A stretch of DNA of 64,000 nt from Deltaproteobacteria bacterium (lineage in GTDB: Bacteria > Desulfobacterota > Binatia > HRBIN30 > JACQVA1), in contig JACOST010000028.1 in the NCBI GenBank assembly GCA_016178705.1, positions 516,951-580,950 of the forward strand, read 5' to 3'. Positions 55,440 through 64,000 of this stretch are shown in pieces. The position numbers were made by a program, and so were the translations under genes. The notes beneath the pieces are model-generated. The model saw nothing but the letters and a program-made list of their open reading frames with translations. It had not been told where the DNA came from and did not search any database. Every line of letters starts with the position of its first letter. Positions within the stretch are counted from its first letter, which is position 1.

Positions 55440-56498
55440 ATGCGCATCGTAGTTGCCCAGACCAGCTTCCTCGGCGACGTGGTGCTGAGCACTCCGGTGT
55501 TCGCGGCACTCAAACGGCGCTGGCCCGAGAGTCACCTCACCGCGTGGCTGCGACCCGAGGCGGCTGCCGTGCTCGCGGGTCATCCGCACGTTGATGCGGT
55601 GCTGGTTGACGACAAGCGCGGTGCCGACCGCGGGCTGCGCGGTCTCATGCGATTGCGCGCGCGACTGCGTGCTGAACGCTTTGATCTCGCGGTCGCACTC
55701 CACAAGTCTCTGCGTACCGCCGTGCTGCTCGCGCTGGCCGGGGTGCCGCGACGAGTCGGCTTCCGCCAAAGTGCGGGCTGGTTTCTTTATCCTGAGCGCG
55801 TGAATCGCGACCCGACCTGTCACGACGTGGAACGCAATCTGTCGATCGTATCGGCGCTAGGCATCGATCCTAAGCAGGGGTCGCCACGGCTGTTGGTGGT
55901 ACCGACCAGCAGCGCGTGCGATCGTGTCGCGGCGTTGTTGCGGGAGGCGAACGTTGGCGAACAGCAGCCACTCGTTGGAATCGCCCCGGGATCGACGTGG
56001 GCGACGAAACGATGGACAGTCGAAGGCTACGCCGAGGCAGTGCGCTCACTCGCCGCCGAAGGCTATGGCGTGCTCCTGTTCGGCGCACCGAACGAGGGTG
56101 GGATCGCTGACCGGGTTAACCAAATGGCTGGTGGCGTCGCGCTGAACCTGGTGGGTCGCACCGACGTGGGCATGTTGGTGGCGGCGATCGATCGTGTCCA
56201 AGTATTGCTGTGCAACGACAGCGCGCCGATGCACATCGCGGTCGCGCGTGACATCCCGGTGGTCGCGGTATTCGGCCCGACGCATCCGCAGCAAGGCTAT
56301 GGTCCGTACAGCGTTCGCGCGACCGTGGTGCAGCGTGACGATCTCGATTGTCGGCCGTGCGGTCGCCATGGTGCCGCCGTCTGTCCGATCGCGACCCACG
56401 CGTGCATGGTCGGGATCAATGCAGCGACGGTACTCGCGGCGGCGCGCCGCCTTCTCGATGCGCGCGTGGTGGCGCGCCCTCACTTGGTTGCTCCGTGA
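55440..56498 (+). CDS. waaF: lipopolysaccharide heptosyltransferase II (GT9)
   Basis: QTSFLGDVVL, APGS.W.TKRW, CNDSAPMHIA.A, FGPT, C.PC...C...CM. Confidence 0.82.
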   Translation: MRIVVAQTSFLGDVVLSTPVFAALKRRWPESHLTAWLRPEAAAVLAGHPHVDAVLVDDKRGADRGLRGLMRLRARLRAERFDLAVALHKSLRTAVLLALAGVPRRVGFRQSAGWFLYPERVNRDPTCHDVERNLSIVSALGIDPKQGSPRLLVVPTSSACDRVAALLREANVGEQQPLVGIAPGSTWATKRWTVEGYAEAVRSLAAEGYGVLLFGAPNEGGIADRVNQMAGGVALNLVGRTDVGMLVAAIDRVQVLLCNDSAPMHIAVARDIPVVAVFGPTHPQQGYGPYSVRATVVQRDDLDCRPCGRHGAAVCPIATHACMVGINAATVLAAARRLLDARVVARPHLVAP

Positions 56499-57247
56499 GC
56501 GCGCGGCGCGAGCTGCCCCGTGGTTTCGAGTTGATCCGGGACGGGCGGGTTGAGATGGAGGTGCGCACCGATGTGCGCGCGCCCGTCCTCGAATTGCTCC
56601 AACAATGGGCAGCGAATGCGATGCCGGTGGCCTCGCGGTCACTCGCCGGTGGCCGCGGCGGCATTGCGGTGTTCGACCTGGCGCCTTCGCTGGCGGTCGT
56701 GCTGAGGCCAGGTCGCCGTGGCGGCTGGGTCGGCCGCTTCAATCGCGGCCTGTATCTCGGCTTCGAGCCGCGCCCGTTCAGTGAATTGGCGGTCGCCGAG
56801 ATCATCCGCGCGCGTGGCGTGCCGACGGTCGAAGTACTCGGTGCGGCGGTGAACTGGCGCGCGCCTGGCTGCTATCAAGGCGCGGTCATCAGCCGCGAAG
56901 TCCCGCAGGCGGTCAATCTGTGGCAGTACCTCAACTCGATCGGTGCGAGTGAGCGAGTGCGCATCTGCGCGGTGGCTGCACAGGTGACACGCCGGCTCCA
57001 CGATGCCGGTGCCATTCATCCTGATCTGAATCTGCAGAACTACTTGGTGCGGCGCGGGGCAGCCGGAGTCGAGGTGATGATCATCGACTGCGACGGTGTG
57101 CGACTGCGGCCGGCGTTTGATCGGGATCGCCAGGCGGCGCTCGCGCGGCTGCTCCGCTCGGTGCACCGTCTCGATTCATCGTCACGAATCGTCACTGGCG
57201 AATGCATCGAGGCGCTGCGAGCCATCGGCGTAGCGGACGGGACGTGA
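56495..57247 (+). CDS. Kdo kinase / LPS kinase (KdkA-like)
   Basis: GGRG, RRGG, RPF.EL, LHDAG..HPDLN..N, IID.D. Confidence 0.8.
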   Translation: MSARRELPRGFELIRDGRVEMEVRTDVRAPVLELLQQWAANAMPVASRSLAGGRGGIAVFDLAPSLAVVLRPGRRGGWVGRFNRGLYLGFEPRPFSELAVAEIIRARGVPTVEVLGAAVNWRAPGCYQGAVISREVPQAVNLWQYLNSIGASERVRICAVAAQVTRRLHDAGAIHPDLNLQNYLVRRGAAGVEVMIIDCDGVRLRPAFDRDRQAALARLLRSVHRLDSSSRIVTGECIEALRAIGVADGT

Positions 57248-57249
57248 GT

Positions 57250-58509
57250 ATGCGGGCGCAAGTGGCGGCGTGGCTCACCAGTGCAGCCGGGCGGCGATGG
57301 ATTCTGCGCGCACTGTTGGCGTATGCGGTGATCGGCTGCGTTGTGTGGATCCAGCGGCCGGGCGACTTCGCTGGCTACGTTGTGGTCGGCGACTTGGTGC
57401 GGAGCGGCGCTCACATTTACCGTGACGCGCCGCCGGGGCTGAACACGTGGCCGCCGTTCTTCAGTCTGTTGTGCGTGCCGCTCGCCGTGTTGGCGACACC
57501 GACCCCGTATCTGGCGCGAGGCGTTTGGCTCCTCCTCAACATCGGGTTGTTGCTGCTCGTGCTGCATCTCATTTGCCGGCTGGTCTATGGCCGCGCGCTC
57601 AGCCTGCGCGCCAGCGAGTCCACCGGGACCTCGTTGGCGGCGCCGGAGATGCTGATGCCATTGCTTATCACTGATCGCTACGTGAGTGGTAACTTCGATC
57701 ACCTGCAGGTCAACATCGTGATCTTCGCGCTCGCGTTGGGCGGCCTGTACTGGCAACGGCGTGGTCGTTGGCTGCTCGGCAGCGCCGCGCTTGGGTGCGC
57801 CGCGGCGATGAAGGTCATGCCGGTGGTGTTCATTCCCTACCTCGCCTACCGGCGTCGCTGGCGTGAGGCGATCGCCACCGCAGTCGCGACGGCGTTGCTG
57901 TCGCTTAGTCCGATGTTGCTGTTCGGTTGGAATCGCTTCTGGGACTACGTGGCAGCGTGGCGCGCGGCGGTTGCGGTCGGCTGGGGCGTCGGCAAGATGA
58001 ATCAATCGGTGTTTGCGATGTGGGATCGATTGCTCGGTCACGGCATGTGGCCGTTCACGGTCGACGGCATGAACGATGTGCCCGAGTCGGGCGCGGCGAT
58101 AGTGACAATCGTTTCAGCGCTGACTCTGGTGGCGATCACACTCGCGGCCTTGTGGTGTTTTCGCGCAGAGCACGATGACGAGTGGCGCACCGTTGCAGAA
58201 TGGAGCGTCGTGTTCATCGTCTCCGCCTTGTTCGGTCCGCTAACTTGGAAGGCGTACCTGGTGGTGTTGCTGTTGCCGCATACGCTGCTGTTCGCCGCGT
58301 GGCGCGTGCCGGATGCCGATCCGCACATACAGCGACGGGTGGGCTGGATTCTCGCATTGTCGGTCGCGCTCGGCGCGCTTCCGTCGCCCGGGCTGGTAGG
58401 CAAGAGCGTGGCAGGAATGCTGGAGATGTCGTCGGCAGTGACCGTGTCGGTGCTGGTGCTCCTGAGCGGAGTGCTGTGGCTCATCAGTCGGCGGTCCCGT
58501 TTCCTGTAG
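57250..58509 (+). CDS. glycosyltransferase family 87 (DUF2029, GT-C) membrane protein
   Basis: DF..Y...G, IY, TWPPFF, QVN, K..P, NQS, P.TW..Y; many TM helices. Confidence 0.82.
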   Translation: MRAQVAAWLTSAAGRRWILRALLAYAVIGCVVWIQRPGDFAGYVVVGDLVRSGAHIYRDAPPGLNTWPPFFSLLCVPLAVLATPTPYLARGVWLLLNIGLLLLVLHLICRLVYGRALSLRASESTGTSLAAPEMLMPLLITDRYVSGNFDHLQVNIVIFALALGGLYWQRRGRWLLGSAALGCAAAMKVMPVVFIPYLAYRRRWREAIATAVATALLSLSPMLLFGWNRFWDYVAAWRAAVAVGWGVGKMNQSVFAMWDRLLGHGMWPFTVDGMNDVPESGAAIVTIVSALTLVAITLAALWCFRAEHDDEWRTVAEWSVVFIVSALFGPLTWKAYLVVLLLPHTLLFAAWRVPDADPHIQRRVGWILALSVALGALPSPGLVGKSVAGMLEMSSAVTVSVLVLLSGVLWLISRRSRFL

Positions 58510-58589
58510 GGGCGACGCATGCGTCGCCCGCAGCGAAGTGATGCACCCACTGCGGAGAAGACGGAGGGCGATGCATGCATCGCCCCTAC
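58506..58589. repeat. GTAG-type REPIN
   Basis: GTAGGGGCGACGCATGCGTCGCCC ... GGGCGATGCATGCATCGCCCCTAC; overlaps the GT87 stop codon. Confidence 0.9.
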
Positions 58590-58640
58590 GCTTCAGAGAA
58601 GGCCGCATGTCACTGACATTTGCGAGGCAGGACGCTAGGA

Positions 58641-59534
58641 CTAGCGCGGAGCGATCGCGCCGGCTGCCGGCCGCAGCCGCTTTACGCCGGCGTCGAGGTC
58701 GACGCGCTCGTCACCCCAGACCACCAGCACATCGTACGGATCGCGACCGCGGAAGGCGGGTGCACGCATCCTGTGCCACAGCTTCTCAAGTTCCTTCCGA
58801 ACGCGGCGCAGACGCAGGCGCCACCCCCACTTCGACTCGAGCAGCGTCTTGTTCGGGTTCTTCACGCGCTTCCATGCTGTGCCGGCTAGTGCGCGTTGGG
58901 TCACTTGGCTGAAGTGATGGATCAACGCTGCGCCGGTGATTGCCGTGCGCAAACGCGCGCGGCGTAGCCGGATGTCAAAGTCGTCGTCCTCGAAACCACC
59001 GCCGACGAAGCGTTCGTCGAACAGCCCGACTTGGTCGTAGACCGCGCGCGGCACGAGGAAACATTCGCCGCGCCAACCCGGCCGCCAACGATCCCCGAAT
59101 CGGTGACGGTATTGGGCTGCCATCGTGGCGAGTTCGTAGTCGGCCGAGCCGTTGATGACAGCCGGACTGACCACTGCGGCACCGGTGCGCTGTTGGAACT
59201 CCGCGAGCGCGCCCAGCCAACCCGCAGAGACAACGATATCGTTGTTCATGATGAGGATCAGCGGCGCCCGCGCAGCGCGGATGCCCTGGTTCCACGCGCG
59301 TGCACAGCCGAGGTTCTGTTCGTTGCGAATGACGCGGCAGCCGGCTGCGGCGCAGACCTCAGCGCTGCCATCGCGGCTACCGTTGTCGACAATGATGACT
59401 TCGTGCGGCAGGTCGGTGCACGCCCGGATGCTGGAGAGACACTCACGGGTGTAGTCGAGCTGATTGAGGACCGCGATCACGATGCTGACGCCGCCTGCGA
59501 GCGCCGGGTCGCGCTCGACATCCGTGGACTCCAT
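58641..59534 (-). CDS. glycosyltransferase family 2
   Basis: VSIVI, IIVDNGSRDG, NLG.A.AWN.G, MNND, FDE.F...FEDDD. Confidence 0.92.
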   Translation of the reverse strand: MESTDVERDPALAGGVSIVIAVLNQLDYTRECLSSIRACTDLPHEVIIVDNGSRDGSAEVCAAAGCRVIRNEQNLGCARAWNQGIRAARAPLILIMNNDIVVSAGWLGALAEFQQRTGAAVVSPAVINGSADYELATMAAQYRHRFGDRWRPGWRGECFLVPRAVYDQVGLFDERFVGGGFEDDDFDIRLRRARLRTAITGAALIHHFSQVTQRALAGTAWKRVKNPNKTLLESKWGWRLRLRRVRKELEKLWHRMRAPAFRGRDPYDVLVVWGDERVDLDAGVKRLRPAAGAIAPR

Positions 59535-59543
59535 GGCTCGTGG

Positions 59544-60137
59544 TCAGCGGTCCGTCGCGCCCGGAGGGTCCTTGACGACTTCGAGCACCGCGCGCATCTC
59601 TTTTGCCCGGATGATGAAAGCGAGATACTCTTCCCAGAACTTGCGGACGAAGCGGAACCCGCGGTGGCGATTCTCGAGGTTCAGCAGGATTTGCAAGCCG
59701 AGGCGGCGCCACACCCTTGGCATCGACACGGTCAGCGACACGCACCGATAGCGTGCATGGGTGTAATGAGCGGAGAAGTGTCCTTCGGTAAAGTACATGA
59801 ACGTGCGCGTGCTCAAGTGCCAGCGGTGGGTCGGATCAGTCCATGAGGCAATCCAGGAGAAGTGTGGCGTTGCGATGCAGACCAAAGCGCCCGGGCGTGC
59901 CACGCGATGGATCTCACCCATGAAGTCCGGTAGCGACTGGACGTGCTCGATGATGTGGGAGGCGTTCACCTCGTCGAAGGTATCATCGCGAAATGGCAGC
60001 GGCGGCCGATCCGCGTCGGCGACGACGTCCACGCCGGCAACCGGGAAGAGGTCGACGCCGATTGCGCCAGCGCGCTTGCTCCGGCCACAGCCCACATCCA
60101 ACGTATGCCGCCTGGGTCGCATGGTGTCATGGGTCAC
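59544..60137 (-). CDS. class I SAM-dependent methyltransferase (glycan-associated)
   Basis: LDVGCG.SK, LPF.D, SHIIEH, TPH, DPTH. Start uncertain. Confidence 0.85.
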   Translation of the reverse strand: MTHDTMRPRRHTLDVGCGRSKRAGAIGVDLFPVAGVDVVADADRPPLPFRDDTFDEVNASHIIEHVQSLPDFMGEIHRVARPGALVCIATPHFSWIASWTDPTHRWHLSTRTFMYFTEGHFSAHYTHARYRCVSLTVSMPRVWRRLGLQILLNLENRHRGFRFVRKFWEEYLAFIIRAKEMRAVLEVVKDPPGATDR

Positions 60138-60191
60138 GGGCGTTCATAGCGTGGGGTTCGGCAGCGCCGCAAGCTTGATGCGAACAACAAC

Positions 60192-61226
60192 ATGAAGGTC
60201 TCCGCCGACCGCATCTTGTTTGTGCTCCACGGCGCCATCGGTGACGTGGTGCGCGCACTGCCGTTGCTGAATCGCGTGCGCGCCGCCTATCCGCAGGCAT
60301 CCATCGCCTGGGCGGTCGAGCCGATCGCCGCGCCCTTGCTCGAAGGCCACCCGGCGATCGACCAGCGCATTGTCTTCGACCGGGCACGCGGGGCGCGCGC
60401 GTTTGCACCCTTTCTGCGTCAGGTGCGCGCATTCGGTGCCGATCTGACGCTCGATCTCCAGCGCCATCTCAAGAGCGGCGTGGTCAGCTTCGCGTCGCGT
60501 GCGCCGGTGCGGCTCGGCTTTGATCGCTCCAACAGCAACGAAGCGAACTGGTTGTTCAATACGCATCACCTGCCGCCGATGGAGCACTTCAGCTTGAAGT
60601 GGCGCCAGTATCTCGCGTTCGCCGATGTGTTGGAGTTGTCCGCGACCGCGATCACGTTCGGCCTTGCTCCGACGGACGAAGAGCGCGCCCATGTCGACGA
60701 GCTACTCGACGGCGCGTCGGGGCCGCTGGCGCCGATGTTCGTCGGCTCGACGTGGCCGAGCCGCTTCTGGTTTGCGGCCGCGAGTGCCGAAGTCGTGCGT
60801 CAGGTATCAGCGCGTGGGTTGCAGCCGGTGTTGGTGGGGGTGGCGAGTGAGGTGGCGTTCGCTGACGAGATCGCAGGTCTCGCGGGCGTGCCAGTAATCA
60901 ACTTGGCCGGCCGCACGCGCTTGCGCGACCTCGTTGCGCTGTTCGCACGCAGCAGCGTCGCGATCGGGCCGGACTCCGGCCCGATGCACATTGCCGCCGC
61001 GATGGGGTGCCCGGTCGTTTCGCTGTGGGGAGCCACCAGCCCGAAGCGGTCGGCGCCGTACGGATCAGAGCACCTGATTGTTCAGGGTGAGGCGAAGTGC
61101 GTGCCGTGCTACCGGAAGACGTGTCCGATTGGCCGAGTGTGCATGCAGTCGATCACACCCGCGGCGGTGTTGGCGCAAATCGACGCCGGGCTGGCAGAGC
61201 GGACTCACGACGGAAGCAAGATATAG
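60192..61226 (+). CDS. glycosyltransferase family 9 (heptosyltransferase, WaaC-like)
   Basis: GAIGDVV..LP, DLQ..LKS, DSGPMHIAAA, LWGAT, C.PC. Confidence 0.88.
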   Translation: MKVSADRILFVLHGAIGDVVRALPLLNRVRAAYPQASIAWAVEPIAAPLLEGHPAIDQRIVFDRARGARAFAPFLRQVRAFGADLTLDLQRHLKSGVVSFASRAPVRLGFDRSNSNEANWLFNTHHLPPMEHFSLKWRQYLAFADVLELSATAITFGLAPTDEERAHVDELLDGASGPLAPMFVGSTWPSRFWFAAASAEVVRQVSARGLQPVLVGVASEVAFADEIAGLAGVPVINLAGRTRLRDLVALFARSSVAIGPDSGPMHIAAAMGCPVVSLWGATSPKRSAPYGSEHLIVQGEAKCVPCYRKTCPIGRVCMQSITPAAVLAQIDAGLAERTHDGSKI

Positions 61227-62089
61227 TTCCGGTGTTCACCGACCTTGAAGCCGAGGATGCGTTGCTCGACGAAGCTGAGCGCGCGCTCCGATAGCCGGTC
61301 GTGTCGTTGCGTCGACTCGGGGCTGGCGTGCACCGTCCAGTTCTTCTCTTCGATCCGCGCCTGCATCACCGCCGGATGCGTACCGCTGAAGCGTGTGCGC
61401 CCTTTGAGTAGGCCGAAGTCGAAACTGGCATTGGCGTCGGGGAACTTCTGCTGTGCGGTCTCGGCGCCCTCGTGAATCGTGACGAAGGCGATGCGCTTAC
61501 GCGTCATGTTGCGCGGCGGGCGCACCCAACCGTAGTGGTAGATGGCGGCGTCGGCGTGCGCGACGTGCAACTTGCGCCCATCGGCGAAGCGGAAACCCTG
61601 CGCACTCTTCCATGAGCGCGCCCCGATTCGGTTGCGAACGATGCGCACCTCGCGCCGGTACCAGGTGTGCGAGGTGTGGTAGTGCTCGTAGTCGGCGAAG
61701 AAGTGGACGTAGTCGAACAGCAATCCCTCGATGCGATCATCGGCGAGATAGGTCTCCATGCGCGCGTGCAGAGCGGGCAGGTAGCGCTCGTGCACGACCT
61801 CATCGGCCTGGACATAGAAACACCAGTCGCCCGTGCAAGCGTCGAGCGCGATGTTGGTTTGCTGCGCGTTGATCGCGCCGCGCTTGAAGAGGTTGCGGTC
61901 CCATACGGTCTCGATGATTTTGACTTTGGGATCGTCGATCGAGCGCAAAAGTTCGGTGGTGCCGTCGGTCGAATCGCCCGCGGCAATGACGAACTCGTCG
62001 CAAATGGGCAGGATCGAGCGGATCGATTCCACCACCGGGTAGTACAACTCGATGGCGTTGCGTACGAACGAGAAGCCGCTGATCCGCAT
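61205..62089 (-). CDS. glycosyltransferase family 2
   Basis: ISGFSFVRNA..L.YP..ESI.SILP.CDE, QADE, IYHYGWVR. Confidence 0.88.
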   Translation of the reverse strand: MRISGFSFVRNAIELYYPVVESIRSILPICDEFVIAAGDSTDGTTELLRSIDDPKVKIIETVWDRNLFKRGAINAQQTNIALDACTGDWCFYVQADEVVHERYLPALHARMETYLADDRIEGLLFDYVHFFADYEHYHTSHTWYRREVRIVRNRIGARSWKSAQGFRFADGRKLHVAHADAAIYHYGWVRPPRNMTRKRIAFVTIHEGAETAQQKFPDANASFDFGLLKGRTRFSGTHPAVMQARIEEKNWTVHASPESTQRHDRLSERALSFVEQRILGFKVGEHRNYILLPS

Positions 62090-62203
62090 GGGTGACGGCG
62101 GCTGTACCGCAGGCGCTGGAACGGGTCAATGCGAACTGAATCGGCGTTCGGAATCTCGCGAGCACTTGCGCTGAGCCGTACCGGTGTGATTTCTGACCTC
62201 ACG

Positions 62204-63310
62204 ATGCTGTCGATCTTGCACGTTGACCCCGAGCGCCGCTGGGGCGGAGGCCAAGTTCATCTGGTGGAACTGTGCCGTCGCATTCAAGAGCTGGGCGCCA
62301 AGCAGATGGTGGCGTGCCATCCCGGTGGGCCGCTTGAGCGCGCGTTGGAGGCGGAGGGCTTCGCGACGGTTCCGGTGGCGGTTCGCAACGCGCTCGATGT
62401 GCGCGCGGTCGTGCGTCTGCGACAGGTGCTTCGCGTCGTGGCGCCCAACATAGTCCACTTCCACACCGCGCACGCGCACGCGATGAGCTTGTGGCTGCCG
62501 CGCGCACACCGGTCGTTTGTGGTCACCCGCCATATGGACTACCCGCCCCGCAACGCGTTCTTGTTCAACTCGGCCGTCGACGGGGTGATTGCGATCTGCG
62601 AAGCCGTCCGCGGGTCGTTGCTCGGCGTGGGCGTTGAGCCACTGCGGGTGAGGGTGATCTACCTTGGCATCGATGCGACGCCGTTTCCGGCATCCGCAGA
62701 CGAGCGTCGGGAACAACGGCGAGTCTGGGGGGTTGCGGACGACGAGGTGGTGGCAGTTACCGCGGCGGTGCTCGAAACACGCAAAGGCCATCGGTTTCTA
62801 ATCGACGCGATAGCGGAGTTGCACAAGCGCAGCGGACCGCGAGCGCGTTTTGTCTTTTGCGGCGACGGCTCGCAGCGGGCGGCGCTCGCCGCGCAAGTCC
62901 GCGCGGCGGGGCTGGAGGAGCACATCCTCATGCCTGGCTTTAGTGCGCAAATGGCGCAGGTGTTGGCCGCAGCTGACCTGTTCGTGCTGCCGTCGCTGGC
63001 GGAAGGGTTGCCAATGGCGATCATGGAAGCGATGGCCTCGCGGTTGCCGGTCGTTGCGACCCGCGTGTCGGGCACGCCGGAGATCGTTGCCCACGGCGTC
63101 ACCGGGCTGCTGGTACCGCCGGCCGATCCCCGCGCGCTGGCGACCGCGTTAGCGAACCTGCTTGGTAACGCCGCGCGCCGCGCGCAACTGGGCCAGCGCG
63201 GGCGTGAGCGCGTCGAGCAGCAGTTCACCAGCGCTCGTATGGCGCGTGAGTTCGTTAGCTACTACGAAAGTCTGCGCCTTCATCCGTCAGTACAGCGGGC
63301 GGCCCCATGA
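62204..63310 (+). CDS. glycosyltransferase family 4
   Basis: WGGGQ, KGH, FVLPS..EGLP..IMEAMA..LPVVAT.V.G.PE. Confidence 0.93.
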   Translation: MLSILHVDPERRWGGGQVHLVELCRRIQELGAKQMVACHPGGPLERALEAEGFATVPVAVRNALDVRAVVRLRQVLRVVAPNIVHFHTAHAHAMSLWLPRAHRSFVVTRHMDYPPRNAFLFNSAVDGVIAICEAVRGSLLGVGVEPLRVRVIYLGIDATPFPASADERREQRRVWGVADDEVVAVTAAVLETRKGHRFLIDAIAELHKRSGPRARFVFCGDGSQRAALAAQVRAAGLEEHILMPGFSAQMAQVLAAADLFVLPSLAEGLPMAIMEAMASRLPVVATRVSGTPEIVAHGVTGLLVPPADPRALATALANLLGNAARRAQLGQRGRERVEQQFTSARMAREFVSYYESLRLHPSVQRAAP

Positions 63311-64000
63311 CGCGGGCGGCGGCCATGCGGCTACTGCGCCGCTTTCACAGCGTGCGGGTGTTGGTCATCGGAGACGTCATCCTCGACCAATTCATCCGTG
63401 GCCGTGTGGATCGCATCTCGCCCGAAGCGCCAGTACCCGTGGTGCGCGTGACGGAAGAGGACTTCCGCCTGGGTGGCGCCGCCAATGTCGTCCACAACCT
63501 GCGCGCGCTGGAGGGGCGCGCTACCACGTGTGGCGTCGTGGGTAGCGATGCGGCCGGGAGACGGTTGGTTGGACTGTTGCGTCGTATCGGAGCGAGCACG
63601 GCCGGCGTGGTTGCGAGTCGAACGGTTGAAACCACGCGCAAGACGCGCATCGTGGCGCACCAGCAACAGGTCGTGCGACTCGATCGTGATCCACCGCCGC
63701 AACGCACCGCCGCGCTCGGGGCACGCGTGCAGCACTACCTCGCGCGCCACCTGCGCGAATTCGATGTGGTGATCGTGTCGGACTATGGCAAAGGCGTCGT
63801 CTCGCCCGCGGTGCTTGAGATGCTGGCCGCCGCGCGCGCGACAGGGCGCGTGCGCGTGATCATCGATCCGAAAAAACAGAACTTCGCGCATTACCGCGGC
63901 GCGAGCCTGGTGACGCCCAATGCAGCCGAAGCGAGCGACGCCGCCGGTGTAGAGATTCACGACGAGGCGACCCTGCGTGAAGCCGGGGCGGTGCTGCTCA
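63307..64000 (+). CDS. hldE: heptose-7-phosphate kinase (HldE kinase domain / RfaE1), runs off the right edge
   Basis: Hand translation from ATG 63307: VLVIGDVILDQFIRGRVDRISPEAPVPVV...LGGAANV...SDYGKG...IDPK...TPN..EA. Confidence 0.9.
   Translation, partial: MTRAAAMRLLRRFHSVRVLVIGDVILDQFIRGRVDRISPEAPVPVVRVTEEDFRLGGAANVVHNLRALEGRATTCGVVGSDAAGRRLVGLLRRIGASTAGVVASRTVETTRKTRIVAHQQQVVRLDRDPPPQRTAALGARVQHYLARHLREFDVVIVSDYGKGVVSPAVLEMLAAARATGRVRVIIDPKKQNFAHYRGASLVTPNAAEASDAAGVEIHDEATLREAGAVLL

Noticed and set aside
61205-61226. Convergent 22-bp overlap of GT9 and GT2 (also metF and the kinase at 19917-19925)
   Set aside because: Short 3' overlaps are common and both genes appear complete.

Overview
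High-GC bacterial chromosomal window from a diderm, LPS-making organism. Gene content is reminiscent of deltaproteobacteria-like lineages such as Candidatus Binatia, but that placement is inference only. Positions 1-33 kb hold mostly acyl-CoA and central metabolism genes (split NDP-forming acyl-CoA ligase, crotonases, AMP-forming ligase, MaoC-like protein, CoA transferases, icd, metF-like, ccr, ThDP enzyme) plus a RAYT transposase flanked by four REPINs. Positions 33-41 kb hold tRNA-Gly, tRNA-Cys and tRNA-Leu, PKD proteins, a small accessory islet, an L,D-transpeptidase and a MITE-like element. Positions 41-64 kb are a lol-bamA-skp-fabZ-lpx-msbA-waaA-lpxK-LPS core cluster. The best candidate for an undescribed system is the minus-strand operon at 8979-14303. 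It contains two paralogous desulforedoxin-like mini-proteins (39 and 47 aa, CxxC...CC, both missed by the ORF track; one ends in KEAKPLPSSD) that bracket an adenylate-forming ligase and two crotonases, one of them catalytically degenerate. YgfZ and a MaoC-like protein lie at the operon ends, and a divergent CoA-transferase homologue lacking its catalytic Glu sits next to it. Also notable are many intergenic degenerate 7-10 bp periodic repeat tracts, some in inverted pairs, and a secreted protein with an unfamiliar DDVQ repeat. All calls come from reading motifs by eye; no searches were run.
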